From a virus (taxonomy: Duplodnaviria; Caudoviricetes): a stretch of 54,283 nt of DNA. The stretch spans positions 1 to 54,283 of the IMG/VR virus record IMGVR_UViG_3300045922_000602. One strand, given 5' to 3'. This document shows positions 8,463-18,500 of this stretch, piece by piece. The stretch's first letter is position 1. Each line of letters begins with the position of its first letter. A model generated the notes under the pieces. It saw nothing but the letters and a program-made list of their open reading frames with translations. It was not told where the DNA came from and did no database searches. A program made the position numbers and the translations under genes.

Positions 8463-10888
8463 GTTACGGCTCCTGCCTCTTCAGCAGAGGTGACGATTGC
8501 GCCCCCGGCCTTTTTAACTCTTTCGATGGCCCGGCTGATCTGGCCTGAGGCCGCGCCCCAAGCGGAGATACGGCCTGTGAGGAGGTGGTCAATAAGGCGG
8601 GTAGTGTACCGTTCAAAAACTTCATCAACCAGCTCTGGAGGAATCGCCGCCTCGCTGATTCGAGCCGTAGATTCAGCAGCCTTTCGTTCAATAGTCTGCC
8701 GAATGCTGCTTGGAGTTCCTCTCGTTCCGGTGATACGGGCAAGACGTTTGATGGCTTCTTGGGCATTTTTATTCTCCGCGATTGTTTGTAAAACTCCTGT
8801 GTAAGAATTGAGTACTCTTGGGTTTTCCCTCATCATAGCCGCAACATCACGTGCGACTTCTTTGCTTATTAGTTTACCACTTTCTTTAGCATGTTGTGAC
8901 ATGGTCATGGCGACTAATGAGTGTAACGCGCTAGTCGTACTCCAAATGGCAGCTTGTGCTTCCGCTGGTGCCAATTGGGCCGGGATGCCTGCACGCAGGG
9001 CTTCTTGTATCGCACCCTCCATCATGCGTGAGTACGCCGCTAAGTAAGGTACGGATGTAATCTGAGTCCCAAAGTGAGAGATCGATCCACTGGTTATCTC
9101 TCCTTTCATTAGTTCTGATACAAACATCAGGCCGTCAATGGCCCCAGGCCCTTCTTCTTTGATGAGTGAGTTGAGGAAGTCGCGGACCTTTGGACCGGAC
9201 ATGGCCTTCGGGGCGGCCTCCTTCATTAGTACGGAACGCACGAGGTTGGGCAATTGCGATGACAACACACCCCAGCGTGCAGCTGAGCGTGCGATCACTT
9301 GGTGAATCGGCAAGCCACGATTGATTCCGGACAGGATGTCTGTGGTCACATTCAGCGCCATCGGCACTGCTTGTTCCGTTCTCATCCGAGGTGAGAGGGA
9401 GCTATAGACTCGAGCGAAGAGGTCGTAAACCTTCGGTCCGAATATCCCACGTAGTTCTTGGGATTCTTTGTACCAGTGCTGAAACTCTTTGGCCCGCCCC
9501 ATGCCCACAATACGCGTCATCTCTTCACCCGTGGCCGGGATTTCACTGAGCATCTTGTCTACTGCGCGGATCTGTTGCGGGTTCAACGCTTCGATGATTG
9601 CCGGGTCAATGTGTTTGGTCCAGTCGTTGAAGTCGACATATAGGCTGATCGGATAGCCTTCGGTGGGATCAGGGTTGATGTTGCGGCCACGGGGGAAGAT
9701 TATCTTTCCAGATGCGTCTCGTGCGGCATCACCATGCACTGCGTGTCGCGGGGAGACTCGTAGTTTCTTTCCACTCGCGAGTTCAACAAATCCATCATAC
9801 CCGATATGATATGCTTGGTTTCCTTCTTGTGAGAGCGCCAAACCAACTTTTGAGGGCATTCCGGGTACGAATAATGATCTTTCTAAGTTACCTTCAGAAA
9901 ATCCAGTTGCACGCACGAAGGGATAACCCTCGTCGGCTAGTCGGTTCGCCAGCGCCTCATATCGTGACGCCTTGGTTGCGTCATCGAGTGTGTCTAGGTC
10001 GTGAGTAAGTACCTGCCATGGTCTCTCCGTCTGCAGATACTTCACCACACCTTGGCCACTTGTAAGTTCATGCGCGGTGACCGCCTTCGGATTTAGGACT
10101 TCGATGCGTCCTCCTTCGTGCATTACGGCATCGAAGTTATTCCTACGCAGCAGGTCCGCGAATGACTTCTGTGTGGGATCCTCCCCTGGCTTGACTTTCT
10201 TCGCGATTGCCGCCGCGCGTGTCTGCGCCTCTTCGATCAATCCTAACGGATCCGTCGTTGCATCATACACACGGTCGCGGGGGATGGTGCCGAAGAAGAT
10301 TCGTGCGTCCGGGTCTCGTAGGTTTGGTCTCGCGGGTTCGGGCAGCCTTCCTGCTTGATCGGGAACCCAGGCCTCCGCTGCCATGTTTCTTGGCGCTCCC
10401 TTCCCGATTGGGGCGCGGGCTTCCTCACCCTTGGCGAACGCGTAGATTGGTAGCTCCCGCTCAATCGCTGCCTGCCTCCGTGTGATCTGCTGCTCCAGGC
10501 GTTCGATCGCAGGACCATGCTTCTCCAGTTGCTGCGCGGTCCTCTTCGCACTGCTGAGGAACCGCCCAAGCCTTCCCACCGGCACTGCGCCGAGTAGGGC
10601 CGTTTCGCCCGCAGCTCGAGATAGCTCCTCCATGTCTAATGGCTTTGGTGGAAGAGCTCCTACCGCGCCAAAGAATTGCCGCAGCGCCATTGGGATGCCC
10701 ACTCCGGCGGCAGCTCCGACGGCTGAGGTGATGGGGTTGAGTCCACCGGCGAGTCCGCCTACAATAGCCCCCGTGGTCTGCGCTCCCGGCCCCGTGAGGG
10801 CTTCTAGTAACCCTGCTGCACGCGGATACTCTTCGTAGATGGGTTTTTGCGTACCTAAAAGTGTCTGCAATAGAGAAGGATTTGGCAT
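8459..10888 (-). CDS. Large internal virion / ejection protein (polyvalent-like)
   Basis: Last large gene of the virion operon; G/A-rich hydrophobic N-terminus followed by several globular segments. Confidence 0.55.
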   Translation of the reverse strand: MPNPSLLQTLLGTQKPIYEEYPRAAGLLEALTGPGAQTTGAIVGGLAGGLNPITSAVGAAAGVGIPMALRQFFGAVGALPPKPLDMEELSRAAGETALLGAVPVGRLGRFLSSAKRTAQQLEKHGPAIERLEQQITRRQAAIERELPIYAFAKGEEARAPIGKGAPRNMAAEAWVPDQAGRLPEPARPNLRDPDARIFFGTIPRDRVYDATTDPLGLIEEAQTRAAAIAKKVKPGEDPTQKSFADLLRRNNFDAVMHEGGRIEVLNPKAVTAHELTSGQGVVKYLQTERPWQVLTHDLDTLDDATKASRYEALANRLADEGYPFVRATGFSEGNLERSLFVPGMPSKVGLALSQEGNQAYHIGYDGFVELASGKKLRVSPRHAVHGDAARDASGKIIFPRGRNINPDPTEGYPISLYVDFNDWTKHIDPAIIEALNPQQIRAVDKMLSEIPATGEEMTRIVGMGRAKEFQHWYKESQELRGIFGPKVYDLFARVYSSLSPRMRTEQAVPMALNVTTDILSGINRGLPIHQVIARSAARWGVLSSQLPNLVRSVLMKEAAPKAMSGPKVRDFLNSLIKEEGPGAIDGLMFVSELMKGEITSGSISHFGTQITSVPYLAAYSRMMEGAIQEALRAGIPAQLAPAEAQAAIWSTTSALHSLVAMTMSQHAKESGKLISKEVARDVAAMMRENPRVLNSYTGVLQTIAENKNAQEAIKRLARITGTRGTPSSIRQTIERKAAESTARISEAAIPPELVDEVFERYTTRLIDHLLTGRISAWGAASGQISRAIERVKKAGGAIVTSAEEAGAVT

Positions 10889-10892
10889 GGCC

Positions 10893-12677
10893 TCATTGCT
10901 CAGTCATTCCCATTGCGTGTCTAACTGTTGTTGGGGACGTCGAGATAAGTGCTTTGATCAGCGGCTCGATGTTCACGGTTCTAGGCTTCAATTCCGGTGC
11001 GAGATCCCCAGCTTCGGGATAGGCTTCTGCGAGCTTCACCAGTTTCTTGACGTGCTTCCTTCCGTATCTCCCTTCCTTCAATGCGGTCTTTTCAACTTGG
11101 TTCATTATCTGGCCATATAGTTTTGTTTCGAACTTCCCGCCGAGGCGGAAGTTCTTGAATCGATCCGTTAAAGATTCGCTGAGTGGAGGAATGTGCAATT
11201 CTTTGCCCAATGGGACTGCCTGCTTCGGGCGGGTTTTCTGTACTTCTGAGAGCGCCGAATAAATCGTCCATGCCTTGGCGGCTTCAGGGTCGAATTTTGC
11301 AACCCGCTCCGTGACCACTTCGCGGAAAGCTGCTCTGAGTTGAGGGAATCTTTTATCATGGAGGTCTGCCATGATCATGCGCTGCTTCCGCAGATCATTT
11401 GGGTTTGAGATGCCCCTCAGTCGTGTCTCCATGATACGGTTCATCCATGCAGCATCGTCGATTAGGTCTTGGATTTTGACCTGTTTTGCATCACCACGAA
11501 GGCTAGTGTAGATCTGTTCTGCTTCTTCTCTTGTCAGATCTTTTACTTTGTCCATCATTGCCTGAAGGAGGCGTTCTTTGTTTACTGGTTGATGGCCTAT
11601 GAAGCCTCGTTTGATATTGCCAATCACTTCACCAGTTGTGAGCCGCGCAATATCATTCGCTAAGACAAGATCTTTCGGTTGTTGTAGTAGGGGCTGTCCT
11701 TTTCCTGCAAGTCCTATGATTGTTCCTATCTCTTCAATAGGTCGCCCCTCCATGTTGAAGTATCTGTCTCCGAACCGAACCGCTTCAATCGTTTCTCGTG
11801 TTGTCCCACCAAGTGGGGAAGGCCTCTCAATGGTCACTGGAACGCGTTCCATTTGCCTTCCAGCATCTACAGTCATTCGGATACCAATATTTTCGATTGG
11901 GGCCTTCTTCGAGCCGGGAAGGTTACTCATTCCCCCACCATAGGCGAGGTCATAGTGCTCCTTCATCTGTTTCAGGACGGATGGTACTTCCCCCGCGTGT
12001 TCTGTAAATTTCACAGCTCTGGTATCAAACATTCGCGGTTTGTACATCCGACCAGTAACTGGGACTTTAGCAGCATATTTGGGTGCAAACGGCCCTACTA
12101 TAAGGCCACCAAGGGTTTGACCAACTGCAGACGGGGTTTCTGTCATTTGCTTGAAAAAGTCCGATACGCCGGTTTTGGCCTGCTCCCAGGCCGGTCCAAG
12201 GCCTTCGGTTGCGGCAGTTGCGAGGGTGCCGTAAAGGCCCTTAAGGCCACTATAGATCAATGGCACCGCAAGCGCTCCTTGCACAACGGGGCCGCCGACT
12301 GCAGCCGCTGTGCCTATGGCCGCTCCACCTACTAGACCTTTTATCATTTCCTGGTTTGCACGCTGCATGTCCTCTTGCGTCCGAATGTCTTTTACCCATG
12401 GTGCAAAAGGTATATCAACAACTGGTTCTTGTGGTGCGTCAATACGTGCAGGTAACTGTGAACGGAATTTGAGAAACTGCAGATGGGGCTCCGCACCTGC
12501 TATTCTGGCTATATCGTGAATGACGCTTCTCTTCGCTAGGGAAAGACTCTTATCGTCTATTGCGCGAGCGACGGCTTCGTACGGTGTGCGGAACTGCACG
12601 CCAGTTTCTTCACTGTAGGTTTGATGGAACTCATTAAGTAGTTGTTGCGCCTCTTGTGGCGTTAGTGGGGTCGGCAT
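10893..12677 (-). CDS. Putative internal virion / ejection protein
   Basis: G/A-rich membrane-like stretch; position typical of podovirus ejection genes. Confidence 0.5.
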   Translation of the reverse strand: MPTPLTPQEAQQLLNEFHQTYSEETGVQFRTPYEAVARAIDDKSLSLAKRSVIHDIARIAGAEPHLQFLKFRSQLPARIDAPQEPVVDIPFAPWVKDIRTQEDMQRANQEMIKGLVGGAAIGTAAAVGGPVVQGALAVPLIYSGLKGLYGTLATAATEGLGPAWEQAKTGVSDFFKQMTETPSAVGQTLGGLIVGPFAPKYAAKVPVTGRMYKPRMFDTRAVKFTEHAGEVPSVLKQMKEHYDLAYGGGMSNLPGSKKAPIENIGIRMTVDAGRQMERVPVTIERPSPLGGTTRETIEAVRFGDRYFNMEGRPIEEIGTIIGLAGKGQPLLQQPKDLVLANDIARLTTGEVIGNIKRGFIGHQPVNKERLLQAMMDKVKDLTREEAEQIYTSLRGDAKQVKIQDLIDDAAWMNRIMETRLRGISNPNDLRKQRMIMADLHDKRFPQLRAAFREVVTERVAKFDPEAAKAWTIYSALSEVQKTRPKQAVPLGKELHIPPLSESLTDRFKNFRLGGKFETKLYGQIMNQVEKTALKEGRYGRKHVKKLVKLAEAYPEAGDLAPELKPRTVNIEPLIKALISTSPTTVRHAMGMTEQ

Positions 12678-12680
12678 TGC

Positions 12681-14438
12681 TTATTCTTCCACTCCTAACT
12701 TTTTAAAGAAGCTATCGAGTTTGCTCCCTTTTTTCTTTGGCGCAGGTGCCAACGCTTTAGGTGAGGCTGCCCCAGCTGCGGGTGTTTTTGTGGTTGATTG
12801 GGGCACGAGGCTGGGGGCCTGCGGACGTACCGTAAAGGGCTTTACTGGCACCCCCGTTTGCTCGAATGCAGAAGGAATGTATTCGCCTATGTTCTCGATG
12901 TTCTCGAAAGCCCCCACCCCGATTACGGCTGTCTGGAGGCCTTCTTGCAGCTTCTGATTCATGTATGATCTATATTGCCGCAGTAGACTTGGTATGACAC
13001 TGGGAGACCCAATGGCCTTTTCAATAAGGCCCGCATATTCAGCAGCCAATGTGACCGAACCTCGCCCCTGTGTATGCACAAATGCTAATTGTGCGGCAAG
13101 TTGTGGTATGCGCGCTAAAAGCTCTGCATACCCTTTGGTGGTGATTGGCACACCCTTCTTTTGGAGGATGTGGTTGAGCAGACCTCGCACACTTCCAGCG
13201 ACGGCTTGCGACCAGGTCGTAACATCCCTCATATCTTGCGGTGGGTTTGATTTCTGCACCGCCTCCATGATTGCCGTGCGCTCTTCTGGAGTAAATGTGA
13301 TTTGTTTCTCTGGTATCTTCTTGCCGAGGAACTCCTTTTGCACGATGTCATCAATTGCATCGATGACGTGGAGGCCAGTCACAACCGCATTGTGCGTATT
13401 TAGGAGGTTCGAGACCTGCCCGGCCTGGAACAGCGTGCTCATCTTTTTCAAGTTGTAGTATTTATTGGCGAGATCGAGGCGCTGCATCGCCAAGCCGATT
13501 TCTGGGTTGTCCTTAGCGAATTTGTTGAGGGCGCTGACGACGTTATCGAGCTGTTTCATCCTCTTAATCGCCGGAAGTTGCGAGGCATACTCAACCTGAC
13601 CGGCTAAGGCGTTGAGGGCTACTTGGATGGAGGGAGACGGACTCTGCCTCGCAAGGGCTGGAATCGCGGCTCTTAGTGTGCTCTCGAACTCACCCATTGC
13701 TCCCAACATCTGTGTTTGCGTCTCCTGCGCATCAGGGACCTCCGAGACTGCCCCAGTACGTTCGTCGATCACAAGGGGCTGCCCAGTGAATGGGGAGAAG
13801 TAAAGACGGAAATTGGGGATCTTTCCGGCTTCGATCTCGAGTTCTCGCGCTTTCAGCGTGAGACCTTGCCTCGCCACTTCAAGTTGCGTGTGGATCTTTT
13901 CAGGCTCGTATTCAGCCTCAGTGGCTTCTTTTTGGATCCCATAAATATCCTTTGCACGCTCGCGTGCGAATGTATCTAATGCTATGCCGGATTGCAGTGC
14001 ACGTTCCTGCATGCCCCGCAACCCGCCCGCGATGTTTGAGATGGCGAAGCCCGGCCCGGAGACCGGAGGTGGAGGTTGCATCGACGCTACTGTACCGAGC
14101 GCCCCAACGATACCGCTCTGCAGTTGTGGCGAGAGCTTTCCGAGCAGTTTTGTCAGGGGGCCATATCCGAAATGGTGTGTGGGCAGTGCTAAAGGACTCA
14201 CCTGTGTAGGCAGTCCGAGGCCCTCGGCGACGATATTCGCCTCTTGTGGGGGGCGTGGCGCGGAGATCGTTGGAACCAATCCAACCGGAGCGGGGATTGC
14301 TGGAGGCGGCGGTTCCGGTTGCGCGGGAGGAGGGAGAAACGGCGTTTCGGCGAGCGGCGGTACATTCGGCACCACCAGTTGCGGTGCCACCAACGGCACC
14401 TGTTGCTGTAACTGCGGGAAATCTTCCGGATTTGGCAT
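12681..14438 (-). CDS. Putative internal virion / ejection protein
   Basis: Pro-rich N-terminus, helical Q/A-rich body, synteny. Confidence 0.5.
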   Translation of the reverse strand: MPNPEDFPQLQQQVPLVAPQLVVPNVPPLAETPFLPPPAQPEPPPPAIPAPVGLVPTISAPRPPQEANIVAEGLGLPTQVSPLALPTHHFGYGPLTKLLGKLSPQLQSGIVGALGTVASMQPPPPVSGPGFAISNIAGGLRGMQERALQSGIALDTFARERAKDIYGIQKEATEAEYEPEKIHTQLEVARQGLTLKARELEIEAGKIPNFRLYFSPFTGQPLVIDERTGAVSEVPDAQETQTQMLGAMGEFESTLRAAIPALARQSPSPSIQVALNALAGQVEYASQLPAIKRMKQLDNVVSALNKFAKDNPEIGLAMQRLDLANKYYNLKKMSTLFQAGQVSNLLNTHNAVVTGLHVIDAIDDIVQKEFLGKKIPEKQITFTPEERTAIMEAVQKSNPPQDMRDVTTWSQAVAGSVRGLLNHILQKKGVPITTKGYAELLARIPQLAAQLAFVHTQGRGSVTLAAEYAGLIEKAIGSPSVIPSLLRQYRSYMNQKLQEGLQTAVIGVGAFENIENIGEYIPSAFEQTGVPVKPFTVRPQAPSLVPQSTTKTPAAGAASPKALAPAPKKKGSKLDSFFKKLGVEE

Positions 14439-14456
14439 TTTATAACTCCATTGCTC

Positions 14457-15167
14457 TTATGGCCGTTGCTGTGGTTGCGCCTGTTGGCCCCAACCGAACA
14501 GTCGGGTGAGCGGGGCGTTGGGATTTACGCCACCGAAGATCTGGCCGGCGAAACTCGGGCCGCCAAAGCCGAATCCGAGTCCGAGACCGATCAGTTGCGG
14601 CAGCCACGTGCCGAGGCCTGACATCTTTTCGATGGCTTCGCGTGTTGCTTGCGCGGTTTCGTGCGCCCGTTCCGTGCTCGTTCCGGCCAATGCGCCTGCA
14701 ATGTCTCCACCAGCCGCAAGCGGTGTATAGGCCAGAGCCGCGCCCCCGGCTGCACGCTGGAAGGCTGCAGCTTCACGCAGGGCATCGATCAGGGCTTGGG
14801 CCTGCCCGCTTCTGGTATACATGTTTTGTTGCATCAGTTGCTGCATGGCGATGGGTTGGATGACATTGCTCATCATCCCCGATTGTGAGAGGTTCCTCAA
14901 GATTTGCGAGGCAGCCGTTGCCCCTTGCTGCCCGATGAACCGTTGGGCCTGAGCCGCGCCGAGCAGTGACATGGCAGCGTCGCGCGGGTCGGTCAGGTAT
15001 CGTTGTAGCAGGCCCGCACCTCCGGGCAGCAGCTGTTGATATGTACCATAGCTCAGAGGATCAAAGTATGTCCGCTGCTGCTGTGCCTGTAACTGTTGCT
15101 GTGCTGATTCCCGGAACAGATCTTTTACAGACTGCTCCGTGGTCTTGGTTTCCTTCTTCGTCGACAT
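14457..15167 (-). CDS. Putative small ejection (pilot) protein
   Basis: Q/A/G-rich with a hydrophobic Gly-rich C-terminal segment. Confidence 0.5.
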   Translation of the reverse strand: MSTKKETKTTEQSVKDLFRESAQQQLQAQQQRTYFDPLSYGTYQQLLPGGAGLLQRYLTDPRDAAMSLLGAAQAQRFIGQQGATAASQILRNLSQSGMMSNVIQPIAMQQLMQQNMYTRSGQAQALIDALREAAAFQRAAGGAALAYTPLAAGGDIAGALAGTSTERAHETAQATREAIEKMSGLGTWLPQLIGLGLGFGFGGPSFAGQIFGGVNPNAPLTRLFGWGQQAQPQQRP

Positions 15168-15520
15168 TATAGCCTCCGCCGGTATCGGAACTCCGGCCCC
15201 TTCGATGTGTTCTCCGCGCCCATGTGCTCCAAGACCTCTTGGAATTCTTTATCTTCCACGGGTACACGGAAGTAGTACTCGGAGACTCCGGAACCCTTGA
15301 AATAATTCATGGCCGCCAGCTCTGCCATCCACATGTTGCGTGGAGACGCGCCGTTGAAATACCAGGGATCCAGTTCGACGATTTGGCGGGCTACCAATAA
15401 CACAGGCTCCCCGCCAGCGGGTGGATCCCAAGCCAATACGGCGCTGGTTGGTCCGAGGTCTGCTTGTGCGGCAATGGCCTCCCGTTCTTTCTCAGTGGCG
15501 AATCGAATTACACCCTTCAT
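15167..15520 (-). CDS. GNAT-fold-like small protein
   Basis: IR.AT N-terminus and L..MG C-terminal pattern; GNAT-like genes often precede podovirus ejection genes. Confidence 0.4.
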   Translation of the reverse strand: MKGVIRFATEKEREAIAAQADLGPTSAVLAWDPPAGGEPVLLVARQIVELDPWYFNGASPRNMWMAELAAMNYFKGSGVSEYYFRVPVEDKEFQEVLEHMGAENTSKGPEFRYRRRL

Positions 15521-16488
15521 ATGACTTTGATCTTTCCGTCTTTCACTGTTACATTCACTGTTTGGCGGTTGCGTAAACTCATCTGCGCCAGTTGAAACAT
15601 AACTGAGCGCTCCAGTTCATGCTGCATCGCCCTGGCTCCAAGTGAGTTGGCTACATGTCGTATAAGGTACTCTTCGGCATCGTCGTCCAGTCTGAGGACG
15701 ATGAGCAGGCCGGTTTGGAGTAAGCGGCCTTGCATCTTCTCCATCATTTTTGTGATAATTGCACGGAAGGTATCGTCCCCCAATGGGCGGAAGATCACAA
15801 TCTCATCCACACGGGCGAGAAACTCTGGGGAGAAGTGGCGTTTGATGGCCCGCATTGCCTTCTTCTCGATGTCCTCTGTGTGGCCGATATACCCGATGTC
15901 CTGTCCCTCCAGTGTGCGCATGATGTCCCTTGCGCCGAGGTTGGAGGTCATAAAAACGAAGCAGCGGCGGATGCTGAGCGGCGTCTGTGGGCGGTTCTTG
16001 TTGTGCCCAACCCCGGTGTCGATCAGCCCCAGCCATGCTTGAGCAACCTCAGGCGCGGCTTTCTCAATCTCATCGAACAGGATGACGCCCATGTTGTGCG
16101 GATTGCTGGCGCATATGGCCGTAATGCGTTCCTGGCACAGCATTGCTGGTTCATCGGATCGTATGTATCCCGGGGGTGATCCGAAGAGCACAGAACTTTC
16201 ATGTTTGTCACTGACCATCGATCCATCAATAGTCAGTAGGGACGCACCATCGTTTGAGCCACGGATGATTTCGGCCAACGCTTTAGCTGTTTCCGACTTA
16301 CCCACACCCGTAGGACCAGCGAGCATGTACACACCGAGGGGGCGTTCGGGGTCCTGTAGCCCGGCGAAAGCTATGGACATGTGGCGCGCCAAACGCTCCA
16401 ATGCTGCATCTTGGCCGTAAATCCGTGTTGTGAGTGCTTCATACAGGCGTTCGAAGTCCATCTTTACGGGTTTGGTTGCTGCCATCAT
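15517..16488 (-). CDS. ClpA/ClpB-like AAA+ ATPase (second nucleotide-binding domain only)
   Basis: IYGQD, Walker A GPTGVGKSE, pore loop GSPPGYI, Walker B LFDEIEKA, TSNLG, PEFLARVD, GAR sensor 2. Confidence 0.92.
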   Translation of the reverse strand: MMAATKPVKMDFERLYEALTTRIYGQDAALERLARHMSIAFAGLQDPERPLGVYMLAGPTGVGKSETAKALAEIIRGSNDGASLLTIDGSMVSDKHESSVLFGSPPGYIRSDEPAMLCQERITAICASNPHNMGVILFDEIEKAAPEVAQAWLGLIDTGVGHNKNRPQTPLSIRRCFVFMTSNLGARDIMRTLEGQDIGYIGHTEDIEKKAMRAIKRHFSPEFLARVDEIVIFRPLGDDTFRAIITKMMEKMQGRLLQTGLLIVLRLDDDAEEYLIRHVANSLGARAMQHELERSVMFQLAQMSLRNRQTVNVTVKDGKIKVI

Positions 16489-17642
16489 GAAGTTCTCCGC
16501 AAAGTGGTATAAGCCCTAAAGTTCGCAGGCACGGGCGGTTGGGTGACCTTGACAACGACCGATTCCATTGCTGAGATTAGGCCATTATCAAAACTGAAGA
16601 GATTAGTTCCAAGTGCCCCAAATTCTAGAGCGGATATCACCCCCGAATCGGCGGTGGATATCAGCTTGAGCAATGTTGGGTCTTCTACCGCCGAAATCGT
16701 ACCTACATCGGTAACGGTACCGTCAATTTCTCCTGTTGCAGATTCGGCTGCCGAGATTGTTGCGGAATCCGCCACCGTATCGGTAATGAACACAGTGCCG
16801 GATTCTGCGATGGAAATGGCACCGCTGTCGGACGCCGTCAGCAGGTATTCGATGGTGGCAGACTCGGCTGCGCTGATAGTGCCTGCATCAGTAGCGGGAA
16901 TTTCGAAGAGCAGCCCTGCGGATTCGTCTGCGGAGATCGTTGCCGTCTCGGAGACATCCGCTGTGACGAAGATTTCGGCCGATTCTACCGCCGAAATGGT
17001 ACCTGAGTCGGATACGGTGATGAGGACAGTGAGGTCTGCAGACTCGGCGGCGGAGATGACTCCGGAGTCGGAAACGTTGAGATTTGTGGATCCCTCGTCT
17101 CCGAAAAGGGATTGGCCAAATAGATCTTCGCCGAACAGCCCCGGCATCGGTAGGTGTTCTAAGAGCAGCTCGGCGGATTCGGCTACCGAAATTGTTGCCG
17201 TCTCGGAGACATCCGCTGTGACGAAGATTTCGGCCGATTCTACCGCGGAGATCGTTGCCGCTTCGGATACATCCACCGTAGTGAGGACTGCGGCGGATTC
17301 GTCTGTGGAGATCGTTGCTGTCTCGGAGACATCTACTGTGACGAAGATGGTGGCAGACTCGGCTGCGCTGATAGTGCCTGCATCAGTAGCGGGAATTTCG
17401 AAGAGCAGCCCTGCGGATTCGTCTGCGGAGATCGTTGCCGTCTCGGAGACATCCGCTGTGACGAAGATTTCGGCCGATTCTACCGCGGAGATGGTGCCTG
17501 AGTCGGATACGGTAATGAGACTCGTAAGGTCTGCCGACTCGGCGGTTGAGATGGTCCCAGAGTCGGAAACGTTGAGATTTGTGGATCCCCGGTCCCCGAA
17601 AAGGAATCGGCCAAATAGCTTTTTGCCGAACTGCCCCGGCAT
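16485..17642 (-). CDS. Acidic repeat-rich virion or surface protein
   Basis: About 22-aa repeats (V.DSGTISA.ESA) and a duplicated MPG.FG..LFG..LFGD.GSTNL head. Confidence 0.8.
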   Translation of the reverse strand: MPGQFGKKLFGRFLFGDRGSTNLNVSDSGTISTAESADLTSLITVSDSGTISAVESAEIFVTADVSETATISADESAGLLFEIPATDAGTISAAESATIFVTVDVSETATISTDESAAVLTTVDVSEAATISAVESAEIFVTADVSETATISVAESAELLLEHLPMPGLFGEDLFGQSLFGDEGSTNLNVSDSGVISAAESADLTVLITVSDSGTISAVESAEIFVTADVSETATISADESAGLLFEIPATDAGTISAAESATIEYLLTASDSGAISIAESGTVFITDTVADSATISAAESATGEIDGTVTDVGTISAVEDPTLLKLISTADSGVISALEFGALGTNLFSFDNGLISAMESVVVKVTQPPVPANFRAYTTLRRTS

Positions 17643-18076
17643 CAGTTACCCAACGGTTCGTCGATGTCGATGCCAAGACGGTTGCCAATGAACCGTGCAT
17701 AGGCATCAGGGTTGTTCTTGTCCTCAGCTGGGGCGTACCGCGCCATCATTTCACGGAGAGTTGCGCCTGAATCAATATACTGGGAAATCAACACACGAAG
17801 GACTCTCCAACCCTCCATCAGCCCAGCTATGTAAGCGTATTGCTCCGGGGCACCCTGCTGCTTTGCCCAAGTGACAAAATCTACGAAGCCCCCCTGTGTA
17901 GGGTAGTTCTTCCCTTCACGCCTCCAAGTCCGCACATTGCCGGGGTTCGCGTTGCGTTGCGCGCGTGTGGGCCACACAAGGCGCGCCTTCTCGGCGTCTT
18001 CTTTGGTGATGAGGAAGCCCTCATAAGCGGCGATTGCGAGGGCGATATGGTCAATTAGGCTCTTCTTGTTTGTCAT
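17642..18076 (-). CDS. Putative lysozyme-like endolysin
   Basis: E near the N-terminus, RNANPGNVR, and T..E...RYAP..D.NNP.AY motifs; adjacent to the holin. Confidence 0.7.
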   Translation of the reverse strand: MTNKKSLIDHIALAIAAYEGFLITKEDAEKARLVWPTRAQRNANPGNVRTWRREGKNYPTQGGFVDFVTWAKQQGAPEQYAYIAGLMEGWRVLRVLISQYIDSGATLREMMARYAPAEDKNNPDAYARFIGNRLGIDIDEPLGN

Positions 18077-18476
18077 CGATCTTCTCCCGCAACCAGAGAA
18101 GCCGTTTGCGCATGCCGGAGGGGAACGGCACCCCAGCCGTTCCCATATGCTCGATGATACTCAATGCTTCATGTATTAAGTAGTAACAGGCCAATAGCGC
18201 TCCGAGGCTCCACGTTGCCCCCCAGGGCGTTGCAAGGGTAATGCCTAACTGGCGACTAGCCAACTCAGCTGCGAGCACGGCGAGTAGGACCAGAACTTTC
18301 CGCCCGAGGCCACGATACATCTCTCGCGAGGACAGCGTTCCGGCGATCCATGCGGAAATCAGCCCGGCGAGGATGTCAATGGCGGAGGCATAAACGAGGA
18401 GTTGAATCGCCACGGGCAGCCCCAAGAAGAATGTGATTGCGTTTGCTAAAATGGTCCTCAGTAGTTTTGGCAGCAT
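18051..18476 (-). CDS. Phage holin (holin family 4-like)
   Basis: D...G...A...LSS..MYRGL.RK and E.LSIIE...AGVP.P motifs; transmembrane segments. Confidence 0.85.
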   Translation of the reverse strand: MLPKLLRTILANAITFFLGLPVAIQLLVYASAIDILAGLISAWIAGTLSSREMYRGLGRKVLVLLAVLAAELASRQLGITLATPWGATWSLGALLACYYLIHEALSIIEHMGTAGVPFPSGMRKRLLWLREKIDDKQEEPN

Positions 18477-18500
18477 GTTAGTATGGTGGTAATGCTGTTC

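Noticed and set aside
16543-17691. 382-aa plus-strand ORF
   Set aside because: Antisense shadow of the repetitive minus-strand gene; against operon direction.
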